Assembly (NCBI GenBank): GCA_050575255.1
Contig: JBNZDD010013730.1
Location: forward strand, 14,809,560 to 14,873,559
Direction: 5' to 3'
Length of the DNA stretch: 64,000 nucleotides
DNA from: Harriotta raleighana
Lineage: Eukaryota
Position numbers and translations under genes: made by a program. How positions within the stretch are numbered: the first letter of the stretch is position 1; every line of letters begins with the position of its first letter. The notes beneath the pieces were generated by a model that worked only from the letters and a program-made list of their open reading frames with translations, had not been told where the DNA came from and made no database searches. Shown in pieces: positions 26,701 through 59,200 of this stretch.

Positions 26701-27191
26701 GTGATTAAATTATTATTGTTTTGTTTTTGAGGGATTATTAGTATTCTTCTGCTCATCACTGGAACAAGTAATTTATAATGAGAATCTGGAGTTTATCCTT
26801 TGTTATGTGAGGTTCCCATTTTATGGACCCCGACTGTACATAGCACCGCAAACGTCGGTTCCTACTTTTACATCCTATATGCAGTACCTTGTAGTTATTC
26901 TATTGTATCTGTATTGAACTTCATTTTACAGCAGCAGTCAACCAGATACACAACTAGTCAAACTCGAAACTTCCAGCAGAGCCTCAACCCACTCCTTGCC
27001 GCCCAAGGGAGCCGAGTGCAGGCCCGAAAAGCCGCGAGGTGATTATTTTCGCCCACCCCAAATCACGCCACCTAACACACAGCACCTCACCTCACCCCAC
27101 CCCGGTCCCTACCTGGTTCGACGTCCGAGTCGGGCTCCGAATCGCCCGCATACGCGGCGAGGGACGACAAGACATTCCGCTTCGCCGCCAT
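1000..27191 (-). CDS. SAP30BP: SAP30-binding protein, complete 11-exon CDS (900 nt, 299 aa)
   Basis: Exons with GT-AG boundaries and consistent phases: 27191-27113 ([26 protein letters not shown]), 26335-26226 ([20 protein letters not shown]..), 26036-25989 ([16 protein letters not shown]), 17277-17235 ([14 protein letters not shown]), 8343-8255 (duplicate at 6657-6569; [29 protein letters not shown]), 4380-4289 ([19 protein letters not shown]), 4070-4010 ([20 protein letters not shown]), 2744-2693 ([17 protein letters not shown]), 2254-2196 ([19 protein letters not shown]), 1854-1770 (IEFVTRTK..), 1181-1000 ([27 protein letters not shown]). Peptides closely match vertebrate SAP30BP as recalled. 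Confidence 0.97.
2798..3720 (-). mobile_element. Degenerate L2-clade LINE, 3' part of ORF2 (RT C-terminus) plus 3' tail
   Basis: Frameshifted peptides [39 protein letters not shown] and [18 protein letters not shown] are typical of L2 ORF2; ends in the gcgccttgggacg..gatgtgaaag tail. Confidence 0.85.
6150..6380. mobile_element. Penelope-like repeat with minimal hammerhead ribozyme core on + strand (6235-6277)
   Basis: cagtt CTGATGA a gggtc atg gacct GAAA catt gactca, embedded in the inverted-repeat element. Confidence 0.7.
6237..9607. repeat. 1686-bp near-perfect tandem duplication including SAP30BP exon 5
   Basis: 6237-7921 equals 7923-9607 apart from a few substitutions; a single n sits at the junction (7922). 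Confidence 0.95.
9372..9757 (-). mobile_element. L2 LINE 3' fragment (partly duplicated at 7686-7921)
   Basis: Reverse complement of cagcgccttgggacg..cctgacgtgaaagg..atacaaatgtaattttgttgttg tail plus upstream L2 3' sequence. Confidence 0.8.
15427..16404. mobile_element. Non-autonomous Tigger/pogo-like (Tc1-mariner) DNA transposon
   Basis: TA|CAGTTAATCCTC ... GAGGGTTAACTG|TA terminal inverted repeats with TA duplication; a related copy starts at 47290 and runs into the N gap. Confidence 0.8.
19331..19530 (+). mobile_element. Tigger-like transposon end fragment
   Basis: TA|CAGGCAGTCCTC.AGTTACGAC start with repeated GTTACG subterminal motifs; ends at an nn break. Confidence 0.55.
22517..22557 (+). 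ncRNA. Minimal type I hammerhead ribozyme motif (Penelope-type, decayed copy)
   Basis: tgagtt CTGACGA a gggtt gtg gaccc GAAA tgtt gactca. Helix I UGAGUU/GACUCA, core CUGANGA..GAAA, helix II GGGUU/GACCC, palindromic helix III (family consensus ACGU). Confidence 0.65.
26551..26685. repeat. 17-bp minisatellite (8 units, alternating variants) expanded inside a SINE
   Basis: cagcagagtcccaaaaa alternates with cagcagcttcccaaaaa / cagcagcgtcccaaaaa. Confidence 0.9.
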
Positions 27192-27355
27192 CTTCCCACC
27201 GTCGCACACTGATGGCGTCAGAGGCGTCGAACACGCGTGCGCCGGGTGCCGTCACGTGCGCGCCACTTGGCCCCGGTGAGAGAGGCTGAGGCACCGGTGA
27301 GAGAGGCTGAGGCCCGGGCCTCGGAGCGGCGGTCGCTCCCTCCCTCCCGGTCGGT

Positions 27356-47808
<20,453 letters not shown>

Positions 47809-48097
47809 CCCCCAAGTGTTTGGAAGCTTGTTAGTTGTATTTTGTGTTAATGGTCTGAATGTTAAACTAATGCCTTCATTAATAAGCATTAATGCTTATT
47901 CTCAGGTACTGACAATTGGGATCAAGGTTGATCTGTGCAGTCCATCTAAAGCCATTTAATTGCTCTTTAACTACTCTCCACATATTCTCTTTAGAGGGCT
48001 CTCCTCCGATCTATTAGTGGACATACTTCCTGTAAGTCTAATGTTATTCTTATTGTTATTACTATTATTTGGTAATGAGGCTGCTAAGATGTACCAA

Positions 48098-48110
48098 AAT
48101 AAAGTTTATT
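48098..48110. terminator. Poly(A) signal of RECQL5 (AATAAA), part of palindrome AATAAA-G-TTTATT
   Basis: AATAAA about 290 nt after the RECQL5 stop, followed by T-rich sequence; the reverse strand also reads AATAAA. Confidence 0.6.
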
Positions 48111-48199
48111 TTTGAACAGCTTGGTTGGATAAAATCTTGAGTAAGGTGTTCTTCAGGAAGATTAGAAAACTTCAAGAAATTGTGTGACCCTTTCCTGGT

Positions 48200-48745
48200 T
48201 CATAAGAAGATAAAAAAGAGGAGCAGGAGTAGGCCATTCAGCCCCTTGAGCCTTCCCTGCCATTTAGTAAGATTGTGGCTGATCTTCTTACCTAATTCCA
48301 TTTATTCGCCTTATTCCCAATTCCTTTAATCCCTCTATTCTTTAGAAATCTATCAATCTTGAATATGTTCAAGGACTGAGAATCTACAGCCTTCTGTGGT
48401 AGAGAATTCACTACCCTCTGAGTGAAGAAATGTTTCAACTCTGTTCGAAAAGGCTGACCCTAAATCTTGAGATTGTGACCCCTAGTTTTAGATTCTCCAA
48501 TCAGATTTGTTATCAGATATGATTTCCCTTTTCTTAAAACAGTATTGACTGTAATCATGCTATGATTTTCTAAGTACTCCACAAAAATGTCTTTGATTTC
48601 AAATGATAAGAATTTTCCCTGCCACTGATGTCAGACTAACTGGTCTATAGTCCCCATTTTTTCTCTCCCACCCTTCTTAAATAGTGAGGTTACCTTTGCT
48701 GACCTTCCAATCAACGGGAACCGTTCCAGAATCCAAGGAATTTTG
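48200..48745 (-). mobile_element. CR1-clade LINE 3' fragment
   Basis: ggagcaggagtaggccattcagccccttgagcc 3' end and actgatgtcagactaactggtctatagt (reverse of the NYRPVSLTS motif); other CR1-type tails at ~31550-31745, 42240-42375, 56460-56540 and 57840-57985. Confidence 0.75.
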
Positions 48746-50261
48746 GAAGACCAAGCTCTGTGCTGTAACTATTGTCCAGTCAAAATGCTTTCTACTCCTT
48801 GGAAAGACCTTTCTAAGGCTGCTGGACAAAAGCGTATTTGCCTTCTCAGAGGTTTGTGCGTTGACATTAAGGTCTTGGGATCTGTTTTATGTTTCCCAAT
48901 ATTGCTGGCAAGTGTGGGTAAGTGCTTCCTGCCAATAATCATTGCAATTTCACCAGCATTTGTAAGGGCGCATGTAAAGAAGATTTACAGCCAGCCTGTG
49001 ACGAACTGGAATCTGCCACTAATCTTTCACTTTCTCTTGAAATAGTTGTTTTGAAATCTGATTAAATCACTGGTTCGTGTCTTAAATGTGAGGGAATTAT
49101 GAGCCATACATCAGGAATAGGTGTATGGCATCGGCTTGTCCTGCTAAACCTGCTGTAAATGCAGAACTTTACACTCGGCCGGTACATTAGAAAATAAGGA
49201 TGTGCAATGTTCAGAATTCTATAAAGGCCAAACTGGATATTGAAGATTGGTGCAAAACATTCCCAGTGATATACACACACACACACACACACAAACTTTT
49301 AGGAAACTTTTTTGTCCAAGAAAGTAATTTAGGCAAAGCTGGTAAGTGAAATTGAAGGGATGTTCCCAGAACCAGAGATGGAAATTATGGTGAGACTTGC
49401 TTTACCATAATTATCGGCAGGATGCAATCTGAAAGTCACATTTGACCACCACGAACCTGTTCCAAAATAGATGTTGACTGTGTATAACTTCTAGCAATCA
49501 AATTCAAGACTTCACACTGTTCAGCTTTAGCTGCTACTTTTATTAATAACTTGGTTTATTTTACAGTGGAGTTTGTCATAGCTGTTGTTCACAGCTCAAT
49601 ATTCCAGTAGATTCCCATTACAACAACAAATTACTTTTGTATAGTGCCATTCACGTCAGGAGGATGTCCCAAGGCGCTGGACATACAGGCATCAGCACCC
49701 AAGCAGGTGGTTGGGATTAGGAAGGATGGAAGGCGGGGAGGCATGGTCAAAGAGGAGATTCTTGAGATGGGTCTCAAAGGAGGCAAAGAAGGGGGTGAGG
49801 GGGAGGGATTATGACATGGAGTTCCAGAGTCTACAATGATGTAGATGCCTATCTTATTCACAAATGAGAACCTCCTTAACTATCTCACGTCTTACCATTG
49901 ATTGAAGTCACTGAATGAAACTGAGAAGATACAGGTAACATTTGTTGGAACAGTGTCTTGGGTTTTCTTGCTGCTATAATTCATTGAAAACTTTTAATAA
50001 CTAATATCTTTCAAACACAGTTTTTAGGAATAAACTGGTATTTTTAAAAAAGACTTGAGTGGCTTATATTTTAGAAATGTACATATAGACTGATATCAAG
50101 CCAGACTTGTGCAGTACTGGACAGTGTAACTACATGATTGCATGTTGATTTGAGCAAAGCAAGGATCAATCAATCAAATCAAAATTTTATATTATAAGGA
50201 TCAATCGGTTCAGCAACAGCTTTGAGACTCCCCATGTTTTCAAGCTGTGCGTCGAATGTGG

Positions 50262-53200
50262 TCACATGGTTGGGTGAGATGTAGTCATGTCCAGGATCAT
50301 CCCAACTGTGTGACACATCTCTCTGGCCTGAATGAAGAAAGTAAAATGATAGTTGTCACATCAAGGACATAATTGCCTTCCCCCAGTTTTTCCCGTCTGC
50401 ATTGCCAATGTGCTAGTGCACGCTGGGATACACTTCCACAAGTGCTGCCTCTTATCACAACCGAACCCAATCTTGTCTTTCATGGCAAGTAGCTTTTCCA
50501 ATTGGAGATTGGTTTAAAAGTCCAGAAATGCTATAATCAATTGTTGTATTCTATCCTTGTTCTTATTGAGACATTCAAACTGAGCAAAGTCCTGAGGATT
50601 GAGCTCAGGGCCAGTCTGGACTGGTCAGCTCGGTGGAGTGCCACAGGATATTGGTGAGGGGCAGTGGGGGGGAATTGGCAAACATTCTTTAAAATCACTG
50701 ACTGCTTTAGTCACCTACTGAGTGATTTGAAGTTGATAATTAAAGACCATGAACAACGGACGTTCTTGCCCGGTTTAACTTCACTGTCAACAGCAGTTCC
50801 CTAAAACCACAGTGATTCTGAGTTAAGCAAGTTTTCCTTATAACTTGATAAAGTAACATATCCATTCATCTTACACCCATGCCCTAAAATTCTCAGAATA
50901 TTATTAATACAGAAAAATCTCAGGTTAATACATGTTTCCCGTAACGCAAGTCATTTTTGCTACAAACCCAGTTCCTACCTTTCTCAGTTCAAAGGAAAGT
51001 GCCTGGGAAACGCTGAAATTAATTTCCACCCCAGGCAATTTTGAGGCATCCGATGGGCGTAAAGTACGCATTCTCATGATTTCTTTCAGTGGGATTGTGA
51101 TGATCTGGTCCTGTAAAACATTGTGCAGATCTGTGTAAATGCGTTTCACAATACCAACATCAATAAAACTCTTAAAAATTCTGGATTCACTCTATATAAT
51201 AGGCAGTACAGGAATTTGGCCATAATCTGTCGTTGTGTGTCGTGACTGCCTTTGCACTGCTTGTGATCACAGCCAGCACTACTGCAGTATATGTTATGTA
51301 ATTTCCATCTTACTACCCACACCCCCCCACCCCTGATGTATAGGAAAGGCTTTAATAAAGACAGATGGCTGAGATGCTGGTCATGTTAATGTTACTGTAC
51401 CTTGGTATCCTTGTTTATGACTTTTAGATATTGGTCATTGATGGCCACGATGCAGGGCGCTGGAAATTCAGGGTTACTGGTCTTCTTCACTGAGAAAATA
51501 TTGTAACCAAACAGGTTCATGCTGCTCACTGCGGCTGAGTGGGTGAAAAGGAAAAGGTAAGTCTTGATGCCTATCCAGAACACTACGACGAATGTTGTGT
51601 GGAGTCTCCTTACACTGCAATGACTGTCCCAACTATTGATTGTGTTGGGATTGCCTATCCTTTGGGCACCATCTGGACTGCCTCAGCCATTGTGTTAGGC
51701 CTAGTCCACCTGATCTGTGAGGCTGTAAATTATATTTAATCTCGAGGTTCTCCACTTCGTCTGACCTCCCACACTCCCTAATCCCAATCCCCCCACCCTT
51801 GCACGGGTGCAAATCATTGACTGTCCAGCGCCTCGGGGGCGTCCTGACATGAAAGGCACAATATAAATGTAATTTTGTATTGTGTATAATTTAGCTTATA
51901 ATTGAATATGAAATACTGTCTGCCTGAAAGATATGTCCTTTTGTCATTCAGTCCTGGTATATCCTACAAACCCAATTTAAGTAGGCCATTCTACCTCTTA
52001 GCCCATGATTCTACAAGGACTGCCAGACGATGAAAAAGTATTATTAGCTGTAACCTATAGATTTTATGTTCAATATCAATGGGCTTTCATACTATCTTTG
52101 ACTCGGCACATCCAGCGTGGAGAGCGCTATATAAATCAAAGTTGTTGTTGTTCTTGTAAGATCCCATTCCCAAGAGCAAGGAGACTTGCCATTTGGTGAC
52201 TGANATCCGGCGTGGAGAGCGCTATATAAATCAAAGTTGTTGTTGTTGTAAGATCCCATTCCCAAGAGCAAGGAGACTTGCCATTTGGTGACTGAGATGA
52301 CGGACATGGTATTTTCCCAGTCTGATGAAACGTATTGGGTGGNAGATGACGGACATGGTGTTTTCCCAGTCTGATGAAACGTATTGGGTGGATGCCAAAA
52401 GCTTTCCACACTGGAGAGAAAACAGTAGTCATTCATATCAGTCTCCTGGGCATCCTTGAGAGGTCATTTACAGAACAACATTGTCAGTCCTAAGAGCAGG
52501 TCACACGCTCATTCACTGAGGCTGTAACGAGGAAAATGTATGAAAAACCTCGGAAATGGAAATACGAATTGCAGCATTTAATTTATGGCAGCATCTATGG
52601 AGAAAGGAGAGGGATGCATAGATGCTGCCTGACCTGCTGAGTGTACCCAGACAAAAACAATCTGTTTTTGTTTAGATTTCCAGCATTTGCTGTATTTTGC
52701 ATTTTGTTAGCATTTAATTCATTAATGTATTGAAACCATCAATGTGTAGCTGTGACCGTGTAGTTGATTCACAGTGCATTGAATTTTGTGTCAAATTCAT
52801 AGTAATCATCCTTNTTGCTGACCGTGTAGTTGATTCACAGTGCATTGAATTTTGTGTCAAATTCATAGTAATCATCCTTGTGTTTGGTTTAGCGCCTTAT
52901 ATCGTTGGGACACGTCAAAGTGCTTCATAGCATATACTGACTATTGACGGTATATTTTAAGGGAGAAATGTGAAATTAAATTGCACAATTAAATTAAGCT
53001 TTATTGGATCATCTTATTGAGCCAAACAATGGCAATGAGAGGTTCAAGACACATTACAGACATTGTACACAAACTGCAATACCATAAGATACAACAGCTG
53101 AGTCAGTCGATCTTTCCCAGATCCAAACAGACATGACATAAAGAGAATTAAACTTCTATCTAACTATACCCTTACCACATAAACCATGGTTAGCATTGGT

Positions 53201-56200
53201 AAGTAAGAAATAACTTCATTTTGTTTTACATAGCACCTTATTTATCATATTAAGACATTTTCAAATTCTTGAGGAAATAGTTTTAAGTGACTGAGTGATT
53301 CTGTTTGCAACAACAATCACATTTGTGTAACACCTTTCACTTCAGGAGGACGTCCCAAGGCTTTGAAATTTCCAGCCATTATACTCGAGAGAACTTTCAA
53401 CAAACAACAAAATCAGTAGCCAATTTTTTTGTAATTGGATGAATTTGGATGAGGGGGATAACAGAAAATTAGCTTCAAAATAAAGCATTCCATCAAATTC
53501 TGAAAGGCTATAACAGAGTAATTGTAGAGTAGAGGATTTCCTCCTCTTAAATGTTAAAATTCAAACATAATTCACATACAGATTCTGTTATACAAAATAA
53601 GTTGTGTTATCCAACAAATTGTTTAAATTGAAGCTAATATAAACCAATATGCCAGAAAACAGAAGATGAAAGAGCTATTATTTGTTACACCAAGCAAGGG
53701 GTTAACAAATAGTAGCTCTTTCAGGACTGAAAGACCAGAGGAAAAGCCTTCTCAAGAGATTCAGACCTGATGTTATGCTGTACTGTAGAGGAATTGGAGG
53801 CAATAGTAAGCAGAATATTGTCAAGAGATTTGAAGATATTGGTGAGTGTTACCCGATTGGTGGAGGATTCGATGAAGCAAAGTGTTAATGTGCATAGCAT
53901 TACACTGGGTAGCATTCTCACATAACAGTGTCAACGACATAACATTTTTCTTGCTTCTTCATTCCAGAAGCACTTACTTAGGAAGTGGACCTTGGCTTCA
54001 GTGGGGGTAAGCCTCTGCATTGTGTTGAGTTGATGGACGACCTGATTCTGAATTGATTGTACATCCAACTTTGTTGCTACAATTTTAGGGAGATATTCCT
54101 TAATCGACTGCCTGCAGAATAAAATAACCACATTATAATTCAGCCTTTAAACTACCTGAACTCACTACCTGTGGATGGTATAAGCGGTTTTATCAAGCGC
54201 TAATCTCTAACCTAGCAGTAAGCAGGATTGTTAGTTGTAGAAGTCCCATAGCTCATTGGTTAGATCCCTCACCTCACAAGCAAGAGACCTGAATATGATT
54301 CTTGGCAGGGCGAAACCTTGGGAAAGTTTCCTTACACTTGACGGCCTTGCCCTTTCCTATCACTCTGATCTGCTGCCTTGCTATGAAACTATCCGCCCTC
54401 GCCGTTCAACGGGCTCCAGTCTGCTCCATGTTCCTGCCCAACCAGTGGTGGATGGGCTTTCAGCCTCTCTGCCCACATGCTCTGGAACTCCATACCATGG
54501 TCCCTTCGCCTCGTTTCCTCTCTTGCCTCCTTCAAGACCGATCTCAAGATCCTCCTCTTTGATTGTGCCTTTGTTGCCCTCCCAACTTTCTCCCTCCCCT
54601 CCCCACTACCCTGCCCCTCTCCCTGATCAGGTGCCAACTTGAATGTTCAGCAACTTAGGACATCTTCCCGAAGTGAATGGCACTCTATAAATGTAATTTT
54701 GTTGTTGTTGATGATAATCCTTCAAGAAAGAAAACAGTACAGTAAAACCTCATTTATCCGTGACTCAAATAATCGGAAAACCCGTTCAACCGCCATCTCA
54801 AAAAAAAAGTCCCAATTCAATTAACCGGAAGTTATCTGGGGAATAGTGATGACACATTTAATGTCGGGTCTAAACGCGTTCCTGCTCCTTTTAAAAATCA
54901 CGTTGTTTTTTTACCTCGTTTGGATGAGTGCCCGTCGTTGCAAAGTTAAGTATACAGTACCTAATAAATACTGCTGCAGGTAGTGGCCAAGGAGAGAGGG
55001 AGAGAGGGAGCGGGGGGAGGCTGTGGGGGGGAATGGAGAAATGGAGGATGAGGGGGGGGGGGAGATGGAGAGATGAGGAAATGGGAGAGAGATGGAGGAA
55101 AGCATAATGGAGCGAGAGAGAGATGGCAGGTAGGTTGATGCAGAGAGAGAGAGGAAAGCGAGGGTGGTAAGGTTTGTGGACAGAATTTATATGATGGATT
55201 TAGACTGAATATCTTTGAGGGTGTGTGTCTGTGTGTGTGCCGGCCGCTACTCAGGTCTAAACTCGCTGCTGTTCCTTCTAAAAGTCGCTTTTTTTTACCT
55301 CTGTCGAATCAGTGCTGCGATTGCGAAGTTAAGTATAAATAATAAAGTATTAATACAATATTCTGTTATTATTTAGTCTATTATTAATATGGTTTGTATT
55401 AAAAAAACACATTTTTTAAAACCCCGTTCAACCAGAAATCCATTTAACCGCCACTGGCCAGGTCCCATGGGTGCCGGATAAACTGGGTTTTACTGTAATA
55501 AAATTAGTCACTTTAATCCAGTGGGACATTGCTGTGCACAATTGGCTGCCACATTTCGCCCACAAATACACATTCAATTCACTTTACAGTGAAGTGCTTT
55601 GAGACATGTAGAAGATATGAAAAGCTTATCAAATGCAAGGATTATTATGTCTTCTCGCAGAAATCTATAGCATTTATTCTCGACACAAATAATGCTTTCT
55701 GTTTCCACTGTCCCTAGGGGGCCGGTCCATAAATTTACTGTTCGTTCATTGAAGTCTTCACTGATTTGTTCTCAATTTACCCCCTTCAATCACAGGCCAT
55801 GTTCTCTGGTTCTACTGTAGTAAAAAATAACACAGCTTATCATGGTCTACATTATCTAGTTGCCCCACCCTATCTCTGCAACCTCCTAACCCCCTACCAA
55901 CCTGCTCGCCTCCTCTGCTCAGCAGGCTCCGGCCTGCTCCACGTCCCCCGACCCACTCACCCCACCATTGCCGGGTGAGCCACTCTGGAACTTCATCCCG
56001 CAGTCCCTCCGACTCGCCCCCTCCCTAGCTTCCTTCAGTCCTGCCTCAAGACCCTCCTATTCAATGGTCCCATTGGTCACCCCAAATCCCCTCCTTTACC
56101 TCCACCCTTCCCGTTCCCAACCCCAGCTCGGGACGGAATCACTGACTGTCCAGCACCTTGGGATGTCCTCTTGAGGTGAAAGGAGCTATACAAGTGTAAT

Positions 56201-59200
56201 TTTGCTGCTGTTGTTGTTCATCTGTCAGAATCATTTTTGCCCTGCATCCTTTAGTTACTTGCTACTGTTATGAATTGTTTCTTCTGATGCTGGACTTTTC
56301 CCTCTTCGTCTATTCTACCTTTTCAATTTAATCTATGCAAATTGACTTAATTTAAAATTAAATTAGACAAATTAAAATAAAGTAAAAATTAATTTAAATT
56401 TTGTTTAATTTGAATTTAAAAGACTAATCATCTGTGTAAATTGATTTCATTTAAATTGGAGATGAGGTACAGATCAGCCATGATTTAATAGAATGGCGAA
56501 ACAGGCTCAAGAGGCAGAATGGTCTATTCGTGTTCTTCTATTTACACAAAAGCATTTCTAAAATTTAAATACCTTACCAACACTCACTGTCACCAAAAAA
56601 AAACCCTTCATCTTTTTAGAGTGAACTAAGGAATTTGGAGCAGAATAAATGGCAGTGGTTTTGTGAGGAGTTTGGCAAATAATTTGTGTTCACATCTGCA
56701 GGTAACAGATGACAACAAGCAGGAATTACAGTAATGGGTTACAGCACAGCAGGTGGATGTAAACAAAGGAGATGAAGGTTTGCTTCAAATAAAGAATGAA
56801 CACCTGAAAATGCATTGTCTTACAAATACAGGTAGATATTTGAAATAGTTACATCAACATCATCGCCTTGACTAAAACTTGGGTTATCCTAGGTGACACC
56901 TTCCCCTCGATCGAGGCCATACCTCCCAATTCAAGATCCTGGTCCTCACATTCAAAGCCCTCCACAGCCTCGCCCCACCCAACATCCGTGACCTCCTAAC
57001 CCCCTAACAACCTACCTGCCCCTTCCGCTCAGCAGGCTCTGGCCTGCTCCACGAATGACAGAAGAGCCTTCAGCCACTCTGTACCAGTGTAATTTTGTTG
57101 TTGTTGTTGTTACAACTCAGATCGAGTAATAAAAATGATCATTGTATTTGATACAGTGCTTGAAACATCACAGAGCTTTTAACAGATCATTTCTGTCTAA
57201 TGAAGCCATCAAGCCATAATGGGCAAAAGATTTGTAATGTTCCGCCCACAAAACATAGTCAATTGAATTTACAGTAAACTCTATTCTGTGAAGTGCTTTG
57301 AGACATTTTAAAGATGTGATAAGGCACTATATTAAATGCAAGGATTATTATTAGTGTATTGCAGAAAAAAAATCCTTTATTAGAGATCCTACAGAAGACA
57401 TCATTATAAATCAATGCACTGGCTTTGTGTTTACAGCACTCACATGGATGGGTTGGGTCCTGCTCCCATCAATTTGTGCTGACAGGCTGCAAGAGTGACA
57501 ATCAACTCTTCCATCTCATTGGTGTTGTTTGGCAATATAAAGTTACCTTCGAGGTATGTAGGAAGCAACTAAAAAGCAATAAGAGCACCAGGTTAGGTTA
57601 CAGAAAGCAAATGCGCAAGTCATTAAGGAGGTGCAGGTACAAAGTTCTCGACTTACCTGATTATAATGCACATCAATATACAGGTTATTGTAAAAATGGA
57701 AAGGCTCTTTCCACGTTATTCGGCGAAAGAATATATTGACTGAATTGTCATCCACCATGAAATCAAAGAGATATTCCTCCATTCTTATCGGTCTCACAAT
57801 ATGCCCTGTAAAGAGAAAAGGTGGACAGCTGTGATATTTATTTACTAGATAGATATTTGGGGACAAAAATTTGCAGGGCTATGTGGAGAGAGCGGGTTGC
57901 GGGATTAATCCCAAAGAGCCAGCACAGACACAATGGGAGATAGAATGGCCTGCTTCTTTTCTGTATAATAGTATGATTCTATGATGTGGAGCTCCTGTGG
58001 CTCAGTGGTTAGAGCACTCGCCTTACAAGCATTTCAATCCACGATTGTTTGTGGGACGCTGCTGTGCTCAATTGGCTGCCACGTTCCGCTCACAAATACA
58101 CAGTCAACTCACTTTACAGTATATTGTGAAGCGCTTTGGGACGTCGATAAGATGTGAAAAGCGCTATATCAAATGCAAGGATTATTATGATTATGTGAAA
58201 GCTATCCTATTTCTGCATAGGGAAGATGATCGTAAGATGAACCACACTCCGTTCTTCACCTGCTCTTTTTCGTCAATGAACAGATCTCTGTTGGGGCTTC
58301 TTGATCGGTCACATACCTTTCTTCTTCTCAGCAAAAATAGAAAACTCCTTGGATTCCTCAAAGTCGTGAATCCCTAGCGTAGAACAAATCTCTAGCACAA
58401 CCTCACTCGCTACCTAGAACCAAACGCAAACACATTAAGCTGATTTATCTGCTCCAAACCAGGTTCCCAACAGCTCTGTGACAATTATTCTCTTCCGGGT
58501 TAAGCGACATGTTCATTTTCTGGTAACATACAAAATTTCAGTGGCCTTTCTTTTAGTGTCAAATATCAATTTGCAATTATATAGCATCTTTCATGCCAAG
58601 AGGACATCCCTAACCTCTTCAGATCTTAGTTCCCGTAGCAGATCTCACAATGGAACTTCCAGTTAGAATTCAAAAGCACCAATTAGTTGGGGCTGAGCTG
58701 AGTCATCCATTTCCATGCTGTACCTTCTTGGTAAATCCCACCAGAGTATTACACTCTTTAACACATATATCCCCTTTAAGGGTTTAACACTCAATTATAC
58801 AACTGATAAAAGAGATAGAAAACTCTTAACGTCCTTTGATTAGTTTGCCACATTGATTGTGGTACGGCTATTCCCTGCTATTCTCCCTGCACAGCCAAAG
58901 CTATAATGGAACATTTTTACCTACAAAACACAGTCAATTCACTTTACAGTATATTCTGTGAAGGACTTTGAGACCTCTCAATGATAAGATAAGCAAGTGC
59001 AAGTTTTATTATTAATAAATAATAATTATTAAATCATTAATAAAATTATTACCATTTATTATTAATAAGTGCTGCAAGGGGCCGTATGATGTCAAGTTCA
59101 CCATAAAAGTGCAATTCATTGTTATTACAGTGGAGTCCTTTAGCTCGGTGGTTAGAGCACTCGCCTTAAAGCGAGAGACCTGGGTTTAATTCTGGGCAGG

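Noticed and set aside
26431-26759. Several repetitive ORFs (FWDSAVFG.., PKTAESQK..) and a CRISPR-like look
   Set aside because: Translations of the 17-bp minisatellite; eukaryotic context, no spacers or cas genes.
52110-52392. Two short tandem duplications, superficially like a repeat-spacer array and containing CTGATGA
   Set aside because: Each has an n at its junction (52204, 52343); there is no hammerhead helix II/GAAA arrangement and no unique spacers.
52750-52880. ~65-bp direct repeat
   Set aside because: n at the junction (52814); assembly artefact.
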